IMG/VR virus record: IMGVR_UViG_3300046812_000338
Coordinates: 1 to 52,063 of that record
DNA length: 52,063 bases
Direction: 5' to 3' (one strand)
Origin: a virus
Taxonomy: Duplodnaviria; Caudoviricetes
The position numbers were made by a program, and so were the translations under genes. Numbering within the stretch: position 1 is the first letter of the stretch; each line of letters opens with the position of its first letter. Below, in pieces: positions 26,865 through 35,061 of this stretch. The notes below the pieces were generated by a model. It searched no databases. It had not been told where the DNA came from and saw nothing but the letters and a program-made list of their open reading frames with translations.

Positions 26865-27071
26865 ATGTTCTTCTACGAAATCCGCACCACGCGGCGCCGC
26901 AAGACCGCCACCGGCAAGCGGCGCTCGGTCACGACCGAGTACATGGAGGCGCTGAAACCCGCCTACGTCGGCGAGAAGGTCGCCGCCCTGCTGGGCAACC
27001 GCGAGGTCGTGCGCGTCACCGTCGACCCGATCAACCAGGCGAAGTTCATCGCCGCGACGAGGGCCGACTGA
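26865..27071 (+). CDS. Hypothetical basic protein
   Basis: GGGAG SD; TGATG coupled at both ends. Confidence 0.65.
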   Translation: MFFYEIRTTRRRKTATGKRRSVTTEYMEALKPAYVGEKVAALLGNREVVRVTVDPINQAKFIAATRAD

Positions 27072-27301
27072 TGGCCGCGCCCGTCTTCCGTTACCGGATC
27101 GTCGACGCGCACCCCTACCTCGACCGCGAAGAGGAATACGACGGGCTGCTGCTCAATGAGGCGGCGGCGCGCTTCGAGGACCTGACGCCGATCCCGGCCG
27201 ACCTGGTCCTCTCTGACCTCGACGAAGGCGTCGACTGGCCGTATCGGTGGGTCGACGAGGAAACGGGCCGCGAGGTCACGATGACGCGCGAGGTCAGCTG
27301 A
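27071..27301 (+). CDS. Hypothetical protein
   Basis: TGATG coupling. Confidence 0.6.
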   Translation: MAAPVFRYRIVDAHPYLDREEEYDGLLLNEAAARFEDLTPIPADLVLSDLDEGVDWPYRWVDEETGREVTMTREVS

Positions 27302-27588
27302 TGCCGGCGACGCACGACTACAGCGGCGCGAACCGCGGCTGGGGCCACGATTACACCTTCGAGCCGGTAGACGGCGGCCAGCGGGCGGTCGCGAAGGGCT
27401 GGGGCCGCGGGCTGAATGAAGGCGACTACCTGATCCTCGACCACCCTGACGGCGGCACGACCCGCTACGGGATCGCCTCGATCAGCTATTACACCGAACC
27501 CAGCGATATGTGGCGAGCCGACCTTGTCTTCGATCCTCGCCTAGCCGAGGCCGGCGAGATGTCGACGAGCGATGGGCTGGGGTCATGA
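27301..27588 (+). CDS. Hypothetical protein (MPATHDYSG...)
   Basis: TGATG coupling. Confidence 0.6.
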   Translation: MPATHDYSGANRGWGHDYTFEPVDGGQRAVAKGWGRGLNEGDYLILDHPDGGTTRYGIASISYYTEPSDMWRADLVFDPRLAEAGEMSTSDGLGS

Positions 27589-27932
27589 GGCGCTATCTGG
27601 GAACGTGGACCCGCGGCGCGAAGACCGTCCGCATGATCGAAGCCGATGACGCCCGCGGCGCGGCGCAGGTCGCCCGCGCTCACCGGCAGGGCTGGGCGCT
27701 GCGGGAGGTCGACGCGGACTTCACGATGACCGACAACCAGGCGAAGGCCATCGGCGGCCTGACGGTGCGCGGCCTCGCCCACGACCCGACGCAGCGCGCG
27801 AGCCTCCTGCGCCACGTAGACGGCTCGCGCATCTGGACCCTTACGGTGCAGTCATTCCGCGAAGACGAGCCGCCGAGGCGCTTCCAGATCGCGCCAGACG
27901 GGGCGATCAAAGAGACGACCAACCTCGACTGA
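27585..27932 (+). CDS. Hypothetical protein (MRRYLGTW...)
   Basis: ATGA coupling. Confidence 0.6.
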   Translation: MRRYLGTWTRGAKTVRMIEADDARGAAQVARAHRQGWALREVDADFTMTDNQAKAIGGLTVRGLAHDPTQRASLLRHVDGSRIWTLTVQSFREDEPPRRFQIAPDGAIKETTNLD

Positions 27933-28771
27933 TGGCCGCGGCGGTCGCATTCGACTTCGAGGACGTCCTGCCGACCGTCCGGGGGGCGCACTCCCGCGCC
28001 AACCGAGACGACGCCGAAGAAGCGGTGCAGACCGCTGTCGCCGAGATGCTGGAAAGGGGCGAACCACTGACCGCACCCTTCGTCGTCACGAAGGCCCGGG
28101 ATCGCCTGCGGAACGCCCTTCGGCGCCGCGAGCGCGGCAACTCGTCGCTCGACGCCTTCGCCGAGGACACCGAGGACCAAGCCCCCGTCGAGCTTGCGAT
28201 CGAGGAAGTCGACTTCGACTCACACATCGCCCTCTCTGACCCGGTCACCGAGGCCCGGAGGCGGGCGGTCGAAGGAAACTGCGGGTCGTGCCGGGGGTGG
28301 ACGCCCGACAATGTCCTGATCGCGCTCCAGCACTACACCCGCGTCAACGGCCAGACCCCCGTCTACCGCGACCTCGCGGCCGATCCCAACCTGCCGCACT
28401 CAAACACCGTCAGGCGTTACCACGGCACCCTCAACAAGGCCCTAACCGCTGCGGGCCTGCGGCCCCGCAAGCACCTGATCGAGCGGCCCGAATGGACGTT
28501 CGACGAGGCTCGCGAGGCGCTGCGCGACTACGTCGCCGACAACGGCCGCCTGCCCACGGCCGTCGACCTGCGGAACGCGACTGCGATCGGGCTGCCTGCG
28601 CAGATGGTCTGCTACCGCCTCTTCGGCTCCGTCTCGCAGCAGCGTCTCGCCGAGGTCGTCTACGGCGAGGACGGCGTCCGGCTCCGCTCTGCAATCGCCA
28701 TCCTGCGGCACCCAGGGTCGGGCCAGAACGAGGACCTGGCGGCGCAACTGGCGGAGTTCTGCGGTGGCTAA
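27932..28771 (+). CDS. Sigma-region-2-like domain fused to two homing-endonuclease-associated repeats
   Basis: DDAEEAVQTA...KARDRLRNALRRR..SSLD (ECF sigma2-like); repeats WTPDNVLIAL...GQTP...RYHGTLNKALTAAG and WTFDEAREAL...GRLPT...RLFGS. Confidence 0.6.
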   Translation: MAAAVAFDFEDVLPTVRGAHSRANRDDAEEAVQTAVAEMLERGEPLTAPFVVTKARDRLRNALRRRERGNSSLDAFAEDTEDQAPVELAIEEVDFDSHIALSDPVTEARRRAVEGNCGSCRGWTPDNVLIALQHYTRVNGQTPVYRDLAADPNLPHSNTVRRYHGTLNKALTAAGLRPRKHLIERPEWTFDEAREALRDYVADNGRLPTAVDLRNATAIGLPAQMVCYRLFGSVSQQRLAEVVYGEDGVRLRSAIAILRHPGSGQNEDLAAQLAEFCGG

Positions 28772-29330
28772 GCCGAAGGGCGGGGACTGGGTGAAGGCGG
28801 CGTTCGCCGAGGGCGTCCCGGAACTCGCCGGCATCGCCCGCCCTCGGCCTGCGCCGCCCTACAAAGGCGCGCTGGGGCGCTGCTGGCTCGCCCAGCACGA
28901 CGAGCGCCGGCGCCCCTGCAAGGGGCCGCTCGAACGCTTCCACTTCCTGCGCCGCGGCACGGTCGAAGACACGCTGCGCGCGGCCCTGCCCACCGCCGGC
29001 TACTACCCGACGCTTCCCGACGACACGATCACGGCGATGATGGACGGCTTCGACCGCGGGGCGCTCGTCTACATCGCCGCCTGGGACCCCCGTAATGCCG
29101 AGGTCGGCTGCGAAGGCCACCACCGGCGCTATGACAACCACGCCACGCCGCCCCTGCCGATCGGCTACCACCAAGTGCCTAATCGCGTCATCGAGTTCGC
29201 CCTCGACTGGGGCCTGGAACGCGCCTTCGAGGATCGCTTCGGCGCCGCCCTGATCGGCCTCGATGTCGACCCGCAGCCGTCCCCACCGACGCATAGACTT
29301 CACCCCGTTAGCACCCTTCCCACGACATAG
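28764..29330 (+). CDS. HNH-like nuclease
   Basis: CWL...CKGPLERFH...WDPRNAEVGCEGHH pattern. Confidence 0.5.
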   Translation: MAKPKGGDWVKAAFAEGVPELAGIARPRPAPPYKGALGRCWLAQHDERRRPCKGPLERFHFLRRGTVEDTLRAALPTAGYYPTLPDDTITAMMDGFDRGALVYIAAWDPRNAEVGCEGHHRRYDNHATPPLPIGYHQVPNRVIEFALDWGLERAFEDRFGAALIGLDVDPQPSPPTHRLHPVSTLPTT

Positions 29331-29341
29331 GAGACGCCCCC

Positions 29342-30379
29342 ATGACTGACCCCGCGCCGGCCGAGACGCCGATGCCTGTCGACAACATTACCGACGCTCT
29401 GCCCCTGCTTCGGCGGCCCTTCGCACCCGGCGCCGTGAAGTGGAAGGTGCAGTCTGAATGGCCGCGCGAGGGCACCGCCGACGGCGCGATCGTCGTCGGC
29501 TACATCGACGCCCGCCTGGTCAGCGCCCGGCTGAACAAGGTGGTCGGCGGCAACTGGTCAGAGAAGCCGATCCGCGTGGAGGGCGCGACCAACGCCCTGC
29601 TCGGCGAACTCACCGTCTTCGACCAGACGCATATCGACCTCGGCGTAGCCCAGGGGCGCACCGACGAGATGAAGCTGAAGGCGGTCCACTCCGACGCCCT
29701 GAAACGGCCGGCGGTGCGCTTCGGGATCGGCGAGTCGATCTACGCCATGCCCGAGATTCGCCTCACCTGCACCGACGACGGCTCCGAGGCGGGTGACGGG
29801 ACGCCGACGATCAAGCGCGTCACCCACGGCAACCGCAAAGGCCGGGCCGGCTACCTGACCGAGGCGGTCGAAGCCTACCTGCGCGGGCGCTACGAGGACT
29901 GGCTGCGCGACCACGGCACCGAGGCTTTCGGGGCGCCGCTCGATCACGGCGACGCGCCCGAGGGATCGGTCGGGATGGGCGAAGTCGCCGACGACAGCAG
30001 CGCCGAGCAGGCCAGCGGGCCGGCACCGGCCGCGAGCGAGAAGGCGATCGACCTGCTGGCCGACGCCCGCAAGCTGCGCGACGACATCCGCGCCGTCGAC
30101 GACAGCGCCCTGCCCGACCAATCCTTCGACGCCGCCCTGGCCCAGCGCGAACACTCAGAGGATCGGCTCGCTGACTTCGTCGGCAACCTGACCGAACTGC
30201 TCGCCGACGTCGAGCGCTTCGGGGTCCTCGAAGCCGAAGCCCACGACAAGCTGGGCGGCACCGAGGCGAAGAAGGCGATCGACAAGGCCAAGCGCCGCGC
30301 CTCTCGCGGCGAGCGGGTCGACTCGCTGGAGAAGTCGCTCGCCGAGGCCGAAGAGAAGGGAGGCGAGGGCGATGCCTGA
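29342..30379 (+). CDS. Rad52/Rad22 (Sak)-like single-strand annealing protein
   Basis: LRRPF...VKWK...YIDARLVSARLNKVVG.NW...KAVHSDALKRPAVRFGIGESIY. Confidence 0.85.
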   Translation: MTDPAPAETPMPVDNITDALPLLRRPFAPGAVKWKVQSEWPREGTADGAIVVGYIDARLVSARLNKVVGGNWSEKPIRVEGATNALLGELTVFDQTHIDLGVAQGRTDEMKLKAVHSDALKRPAVRFGIGESIYAMPEIRLTCTDDGSEAGDGTPTIKRVTHGNRKGRAGYLTEAVEAYLRGRYEDWLRDHGTEAFGAPLDHGDAPEGSVGMGEVADDSSAEQASGPAPAASEKAIDLLADARKLRDDIRAVDDSALPDQSFDAALAQREHSEDRLADFVGNLTELLADVERFGVLEAEAHDKLGGTEAKKAIDKAKRRASRGERVDSLEKSLAEAEEKGGEGDA

Positions 30380-30701
30380 CGACACCTACACGCTCGCGCC
30401 GGTCACGCTGCCCTTCCCGCCCGACACGATCATCGCGGTCGGCATGCGCCTCGCAGTCTCCGACCACGGCCTCGACCTGAAGATCAAGCGGATCGCCGTC
30501 AGCCTATGCCCGAACCGCGACATCGCGGCCGAGGGCGTCGGCGAGTGGGCGCCCGGCGTCGAGGGCGACCTGCCCACCGCCGTCGAGGTCCCGCAGATCG
30601 AGGCCGCGCTGCTGCCGTATGCGGTCTTCGACTTCGGGGGCCACTGGGCCTACGGCAGCCAGGTAACCGCGATTCGAGAGGGTGACGAGCATGAGGGCTG
30701 A
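30372..30701 (+). CDS. Hypothetical protein
   Basis: Coupled ORF in the operon. Confidence 0.55.
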   Translation: MPDDTYTLAPVTLPFPPDTIIAVGMRLAVSDHGLDLKIKRIAVSLCPNRDIAAEGVGEWAPGVEGDLPTAVEVPQIEAALLPYAVFDFGGHWAYGSQVTAIREGDEHEG

Positions 30702-31011
30702 GGTCGTTTTCGACGCGCCGACGATGATGGTCAACGTGTACGTGATCCAGGATGGGCTGGGGTCGGTCGCCCGGGTATGGACCCCCACGGGGGCCGGCTA
30801 CGACTGGACCGAGGTTCCCGTCGGCGGGGAGATGCCGGTCAGCCTGGCCTTCCCCCGCGACATCTGGGAGGCGCTGAACGCAGCGGCGGCCGACGTGCCG
30901 ATGCCGGGGCGGGCGCTCGCCGACCACCTGGCCGACACGATCGCCGTGCGCGACCGGCTGCTGGCGATGGCCGAGCGCTCTGCGCTGCGCCCCCTCCCGA
31001 GCGATGCCTGA
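30691..31011 (+). CDS. Hypothetical protein
   Basis: Coupled ORF in the operon. Confidence 0.55.
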   Translation: MRAEVVFDAPTMMVNVYVIQDGLGSVARVWTPTGAGYDWTEVPVGGEMPVSLAFPRDIWEALNAAAADVPMPGRALADHLADTIAVRDRLLAMAERSALRPLPSDA

Positions 31012-32350
31012 CGAGCCGCGCGCCGTCAACTGGCGCGACCTGCCCCCGATCCCCGAGGACGCCCAGCCATCCGTCCTCGACAACCCCGACTGGACGCCCT
31101 CCCAGACGTTCTTGCGGGCGATGGACCGCTGCGACGGCGCCGCCCTGCTCTACCTCCAGCACCGCGGCGGCGGCGCCACGCATGAGCTAAACCGCGGCTC
31201 CATCGTGCATGAGACGATCGACCGCCTGATCCGGCTGCTGATCGACGCCCACCGCCAGCGCACCGCCACGGCCGCCGGCACCGACTTCGAGTACGAGGTC
31301 ACCGCCGGCGAACGCGCCGAACAGCTGGCGACCCAGCGCGAAGACCAGATTCCCCCCGAGTACGGGCGCGAAATCCTCTACGAGGTCATGGCCGACAACC
31401 CCGAGATGCAGATCAGCGCCGAGGAACGCGACGCCTGCCGCTACATGATCGACCACTTCTGCCGCGGCACCCGCTTCGACCCCAAGACGATCATCGGGGT
31501 CGAGAAGACGCTGACGCTGGAGACGGGCGGTTTCCGCGTCCTGATCCGCCCCGACCTGCTCGAAGAACCGGAACCGCGCGTCCTGCGCATCCGCGACTGG
31601 AAGACCGCCTGGCCGCCCGACTCCGAAGACTTCCGCGCCCAGGCGTGGGACGCGCAGGGCAACCCGCGCTGGGCCGGCAACTACCAGCTGAACATGACCG
31701 CCGTGGTGGCCGCCTTCGGGATCACCGACGACGGGCTGCCGCTCGGCAACTTCGACCGCTTCATCCTCGACCTCGAATTCCCCCGCATCCTGCGCGACGA
31801 CGGCATCGACCAGCGCCGTGTCGAAGTCGACCGCCTCCAGGTCCAGGCGTTCCGCGACGACCTCGACCTCCAGCTGCACCGCCTGCGCGAGGTCTGCATC
31901 GGCAAGCGCAAGTGGCAGCCCACTCCCGGCAACCACTGCACCGAATGCACCGCCGAGGTCGCCTGCCGCCTGCCCCGAGTGCTGCGCCCGGAGTCGCAGA
32001 TGGCCGACCTCCAGACCCCCGACGACCTCGCCGAGGCGGGGGAGAAGTGGCATTTCATGACGCGCTCGGCCGAACGGCTGAAACGCCGCCTGAAGAAGGC
32101 CGCCGAGGCCATCCTGCCCGAGGACCTGGAGGCGTTCATCGTCGGCGACAAAGAGGTCAGGGGCGTCCGCATCGGCAAGGACCTCGCGCTCGTCTTCGAG
32201 GATGTCGAGAAGACCGAAGTGCCCGACCGCGACAACCTGCTCGCCGCCGCCGAGGCCGCCGCCAACTTCGGCGAGCCGTTCAACCGCGACGACCACGTCA
32301 AGAAGCGCACGTCGGTCGAATTCAAGAAACGCAAGGTGGCGGCAGAGTGA
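31004..32350 (+). CDS. PD-(D/E)XK (RecB/Cas4-like) exonuclease
   Basis: RGSIVHE, VE, RPD, IRDWKT, YQL and PGNHCTEC...C motifs. Confidence 0.85.
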   Translation: MPDEPRAVNWRDLPPIPEDAQPSVLDNPDWTPSQTFLRAMDRCDGAALLYLQHRGGGATHELNRGSIVHETIDRLIRLLIDAHRQRTATAAGTDFEYEVTAGERAEQLATQREDQIPPEYGREILYEVMADNPEMQISAEERDACRYMIDHFCRGTRFDPKTIIGVEKTLTLETGGFRVLIRPDLLEEPEPRVLRIRDWKTAWPPDSEDFRAQAWDAQGNPRWAGNYQLNMTAVVAAFGITDDGLPLGNFDRFILDLEFPRILRDDGIDQRRVEVDRLQVQAFRDDLDLQLHRLREVCIGKRKWQPTPGNHCTECTAEVACRLPRVLRPESQMADLQTPDDLAEAGEKWHFMTRSAERLKRRLKKAAEAILPEDLEAFIVGDKEVRGVRIGKDLALVFEDVEKTEVPDRDNLLAAAEAAANFGEPFNRDDHVKKRTSVEFKKRKVAAE

Positions 32351-32874
32351 ACGTCACCCTGACCTGGTCAGAGGTCGCGATCGGCGCCCGCGTCGGGGAG
32401 TCGCGCTGCCTGCGAAACCGCGCCAACGGCAGCGCCCACCGCCACGGCAAGGCCGCCGGCGCCGACTGGTCGGGCGACATCGAGGCCGCCTGCGCGGAGA
32501 TGGCGGCAGCGAAGGGCCTCGGCGTCTACTGGCCGATCACGGCGACCCCCGACGATGATCGTCACGGCGACCTCGGGTTCGGCATCCACGTCCGCCACTG
32601 CGCCCGCGCCGATGGGCGCCTGATCCTCCACCGCGACGACCAGGACGTCGGCCTCTTCATCCTCGTCACCGGCGCGGTGCCCACGTTTCGTCTCTGCGGC
32701 TTCCTCGCCGCCGCTGCGGGCAAGCAAGACGAGTGGTGGTGCGACCCCACCGGCGACGATCGCCCGGCCTTCTTCGTCCCGCAGGACGCCCTGCACCCCA
32801 TCGACGGGCTAGTCGCCCTTCGCCCCGTACCCCCGCCGGCGAGTTGGTCGTCGGCTTACGAAAGGAATGCCTGA
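32347..32874 (+). CDS. Hypothetical protein, possible degenerate restriction-endonuclease-like fold
   Basis: GTGA coupling; ACAEMAAAKGLG...GDL...HVR...PAFFVPQDAL. Confidence 0.55.
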   Translation: MNVTLTWSEVAIGARVGESRCLRNRANGSAHRHGKAAGADWSGDIEAACAEMAAAKGLGVYWPITATPDDDRHGDLGFGIHVRHCARADGRLILHRDDQDVGLFILVTGAVPTFRLCGFLAAAAGKQDEWWCDPTGDDRPAFFVPQDALHPIDGLVALRPVPPPASWSSAYERNA

Positions 32875-33152
32875 TGCCAGACGATCGCTACTACAAAGTG
32901 CTGCAAGTTGTCGGTGAGGTCGACGTCGCCGAGGCGCCGAAGTTCGCCGACCTCGGTATCCACCAAGCCGACCGGGCCGAGCGCGCCGTCGAGATGGCCG
33001 TCGACGCCGGCGGGGACGCCGGGATCGAGCGGGCGATCGCGGTCCCGATCGGCAACTGGACCGAATGCACGGTCGAAGAGGACCCGCGCCCGCGCTTCCG
33101 GGCCAAGCGAGTCGAGCCGACGACCGCCGCCGAGCCTGCCGCCAGTGAGTAA
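32874..33152 (+). CDS. Hypothetical protein
   Basis: AAGGA SD; TGATG coupling. Confidence 0.6.
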   Translation: MPDDRYYKVLQVVGEVDVAEAPKFADLGIHQADRAERAVEMAVDAGGDAGIERAIAVPIGNWTECTVEEDPRPRFRAKRVEPTTAAEPAASE

Positions 33153-33306
33153 GCGCGGGAAGTCCCCCCACGAAAGGGCGAACCGGCGCAACAAACGCGC
33201 CGCTCGCCGCTCCGCGCGCCAGGCCCGCCAGGCCGAGCGCGAAACCGCCGAGCGCCAGCGCACCGCGGCCGAAGAGGCGAAGCGAAAGCTGGAGCCAGGG
33301 CGATGA
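33145..33306 (+). CDS. Small highly basic protein (MSKRGKSPHERANRR...)
   Basis: Overlaps both neighbours; Arg/Lys-rich. Confidence 0.45.
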   Translation: MSKRGKSPHERANRRNKRAARRSARQARQAERETAERQRTAAEEAKRKLEPGR

Positions 33307-33812
33307 TGTTCACCGAGGCCCTGGCGATCGCCATCGTCAAGGGCCAGAAGACGGCGACGCGGCGGCGGATCAGCGACAACCCGCGCTCGCCGTGGGCTGA
33401 ACCGACCGGGATGACGCACGATCGCACCTGGCGCTACCCGGTCGGCATGGTCTTCACCGTCAACCCCGGCCGCGGTGTCCGGCGCGTCGCCGAATGCAAG
33501 GTCACGCGCCGGCGGATCGCCGCGCTCGTCGACCTCACCGATGCCCAGGCGCAGGCCGAGGGATTCGCCCACCGCCAGGCGTTCTTCGAGGGCTGGGAGA
33601 AGATCAACGGCGGCGTCGACTTCCTCGTCGAGCGCGTCCACGTCATCGAGTTCAAGCTCGCCGGCCTGGAGTGCCTGCTCTGCGACGGTAAGCGCTACGT
33701 CGACGACCTCGGCGAGGGCCGGCAGCCCTGCCTGGACTGCTTCGAGACGGGCATCGACGTCACCCCCGAGGCGCGCGAATTGATCGCGAAGGTCGAGGCC
33801 GAAGGTGACTGA
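33303..33812 (+). CDS. ASCH domain protein with C-terminal CxxC...CxxC
   Basis: AIVKGQKTATRR and AQAEGF ASCH motifs; CLLCDG...CLDCFETG. Confidence 0.78.
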   Translation: MMFTEALAIAIVKGQKTATRRRISDNPRSPWAEPTGMTHDRTWRYPVGMVFTVNPGRGVRRVAECKVTRRRIAALVDLTDAQAQAEGFAHRQAFFEGWEKINGGVDFLVERVHVIEFKLAGLECLLCDGKRYVDDLGEGRQPCLDCFETGIDVTPEARELIAKVEAEGD

Positions 33813-34041
33813 CCCCTGGGACGATCCGATCGAGGGCGCCGAGTGGAGCGAGAAGACGCCGCCGAAGCTGACCCGCGGCGAGTACATCCGCGACGCCCGC
33901 GGGGAGCGGCTGAAGGTCCTGGCCGCCTTCCCGATCGGGGCCACCGTGCCGGTCTGGTACGTCACCGCCTACCGACCCGGCGAGGCCACGCGGCAGTCGA
34001 GCGTCGACGTCAACGAGCCGATCCCGGTGGAAGTGCGATGA
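33805..34041 (+). CDS. Hypothetical protein
   Basis: Coupled ORF. Confidence 0.55.
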   Translation: MTDPWDDPIEGAEWSEKTPPKLTRGEYIRDARGERLKVLAAFPIGATVPVWYVTAYRPGEATRQSSVDVNEPIPVEVR

Positions 34042-34229
34042 CGCCCGAGCAGTGGGAGCGCCTGCCGGGCTGGGTGCGAGTCGCCCTGACCAGGCGCATG
34101 TTCGGCCCCGACGACGTCACCGACGTCGAGTTCGAGGTCGGCGTCAACCGCGAGCCGAAGTTGATCCGGGTGAAGCTGAAGCCGCGCGTCGAGGTCATCC
34201 GCGTCGACATCGTCCGCGAGACGCCGTGA
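34038..34229 (+). CDS. Hypothetical protein (MTPEQWERL...)
   Basis: ATGA coupling. Confidence 0.55.
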   Translation: MTPEQWERLPGWVRVALTRRMFGPDDVTDVEFEVGVNREPKLIRVKLKPRVEVIRVDIVRETP

Positions 34230-34558
34230 ACGGCTGGGAGGATCACGCCGTGGCGCTCGCCAACGTCGCCGTGATCCCCACCGACCCGCCGCCCCGGCCA
34301 GACCAGCCCGACGAATCCCTACCGCAGCTGCTCGCCCGCGTCGGGCGCAGCCTCGGCGTCGAGTGGGAGGACCTGAAGGGCGCCAGCCGCCGCAAATACA
34401 TCTGCCGCGCCCGAGCGATCGCCGCCGCCGAGGCCCAGGTCGCCGGCTACTCGTCGCCGGAAATCGGCAGAGCGCTCGGCGGTCGCCACCACTCCACGAT
34501 TCTGCATGCGATCGCGTCCCTGGCGCCGCTGCACGATGGGGGCGAGACGCCGGGCTAG
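34226..34558 (+). CDS. DnaA C-terminal-like HTH protein
   Basis: DLKGASRRKYICRARAIA...SSPEIGRALGGRHHSTILHA. Confidence 0.8.
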   Translation: MNGWEDHAVALANVAVIPTDPPPRPDQPDESLPQLLARVGRSLGVEWEDLKGASRRKYICRARAIAAAEAQVAGYSSPEIGRALGGRHHSTILHAIASLAPLHDGGETPG

Positions 34559-34567
34559 GCTGCCCGT

Positions 34568-34714
34568 GTGCCTCGCCGGAATCGCAACGCGAAGAAGATC
34601 GCCAAGCGCCACACGCGCACTGGCGGCGGCTGGATGAAGGGCCGCCAGAAGAACCAGCCCGAGCGGGCGCCGCTCACCCCGGGCGCCATGCATTCCAAGA
34701 CGCGCCTGCGCTAG
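34568..34714 (+). CDS. Small basic leaderless peptide (48 aa, MPRRNRNAKKIAKRHTR...)
   Basis: TAGGCT 34556-34561 then GTG 6 nt later; stop TAG at 34712. Confidence 0.45.
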   Translation: MPRRNRNAKKIAKRHTRTGGGWMKGRQKNQPERAPLTPGAMHSKTRLR

Positions 34715-34727
34715 TCTTCGCCGCCGA

Positions 34728-34850
34728 GCGCCCATAGCTCAGTTGCCTACTGGCACCCGCGGGGGTCGACAAAAGAGCGCCGGTCACGGTGGGAGATAGC
34801 TACCCACTCAGAAACCGGAGGGCGGGGGTTTAGGCGGCCCTCTGGGCGCA
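34728..34850 (+). ncRNA. tRNA-like RNA with expanded D-loop and a hairpin in place of the anticodon loop
   Basis: Acceptor GCGCCCA/TGGGCGC+A; D-stem GCTC/GAGC; anticodon stem CCGGT/ACCGG enclosing 29 nt with GTGGG/CCCAC; T-stem GGGGG/CCCTC with a 9-nt loop. Confidence 0.7.
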
Positions 34851-34897
34851 GCCTCTTGAAAGGCCGACGCCGCGCCCCGGGGGTATACGCTCCCGGG

Positions 34898-34997
34898 GCG
34901 CACGTAGCTCAGTGGTCAACGCGGCCTGGTAATTCGGGTCGCAAAGAGCGGTGGCCTTTCAAGCCACAGGTCGCGGGTTCGATTCCCGTCGTGCGCA
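34898..34997 (+). tRNA. tRNA-Glu(TTC) with a hairpin inserted in the D-loop
   Basis: Acceptor GCGCACG/CGTGCGC; D-stem GCTC/GAGC; anticodon arm GTGGC-CTTTCAA-GCCAC (TTC at 34958-34960); AGGTC variable loop; T-arm GCGGG-TTCGATT-CCCGT. Confidence 0.8.
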
Positions 34998-35061
34998 TCC
35001 AGGCCTCGCCTCCCGCCGCCTCGCGCCCGTTCCGTCCCCGGCCCTGGTCAGAGTGCCCGTC

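Noticed and set aside
31004-32350. Cas4 as part of a CRISPR system
   Set aside because: It lies next to a Rad52-like annealase, a typical phage recombination pair, and no array was found
34951-35061. N-terminal extension of the RusA-like ORF
   Set aside because: It overlaps the tRNA-Glu; ATG 35062 after CAGAGT is more plausible
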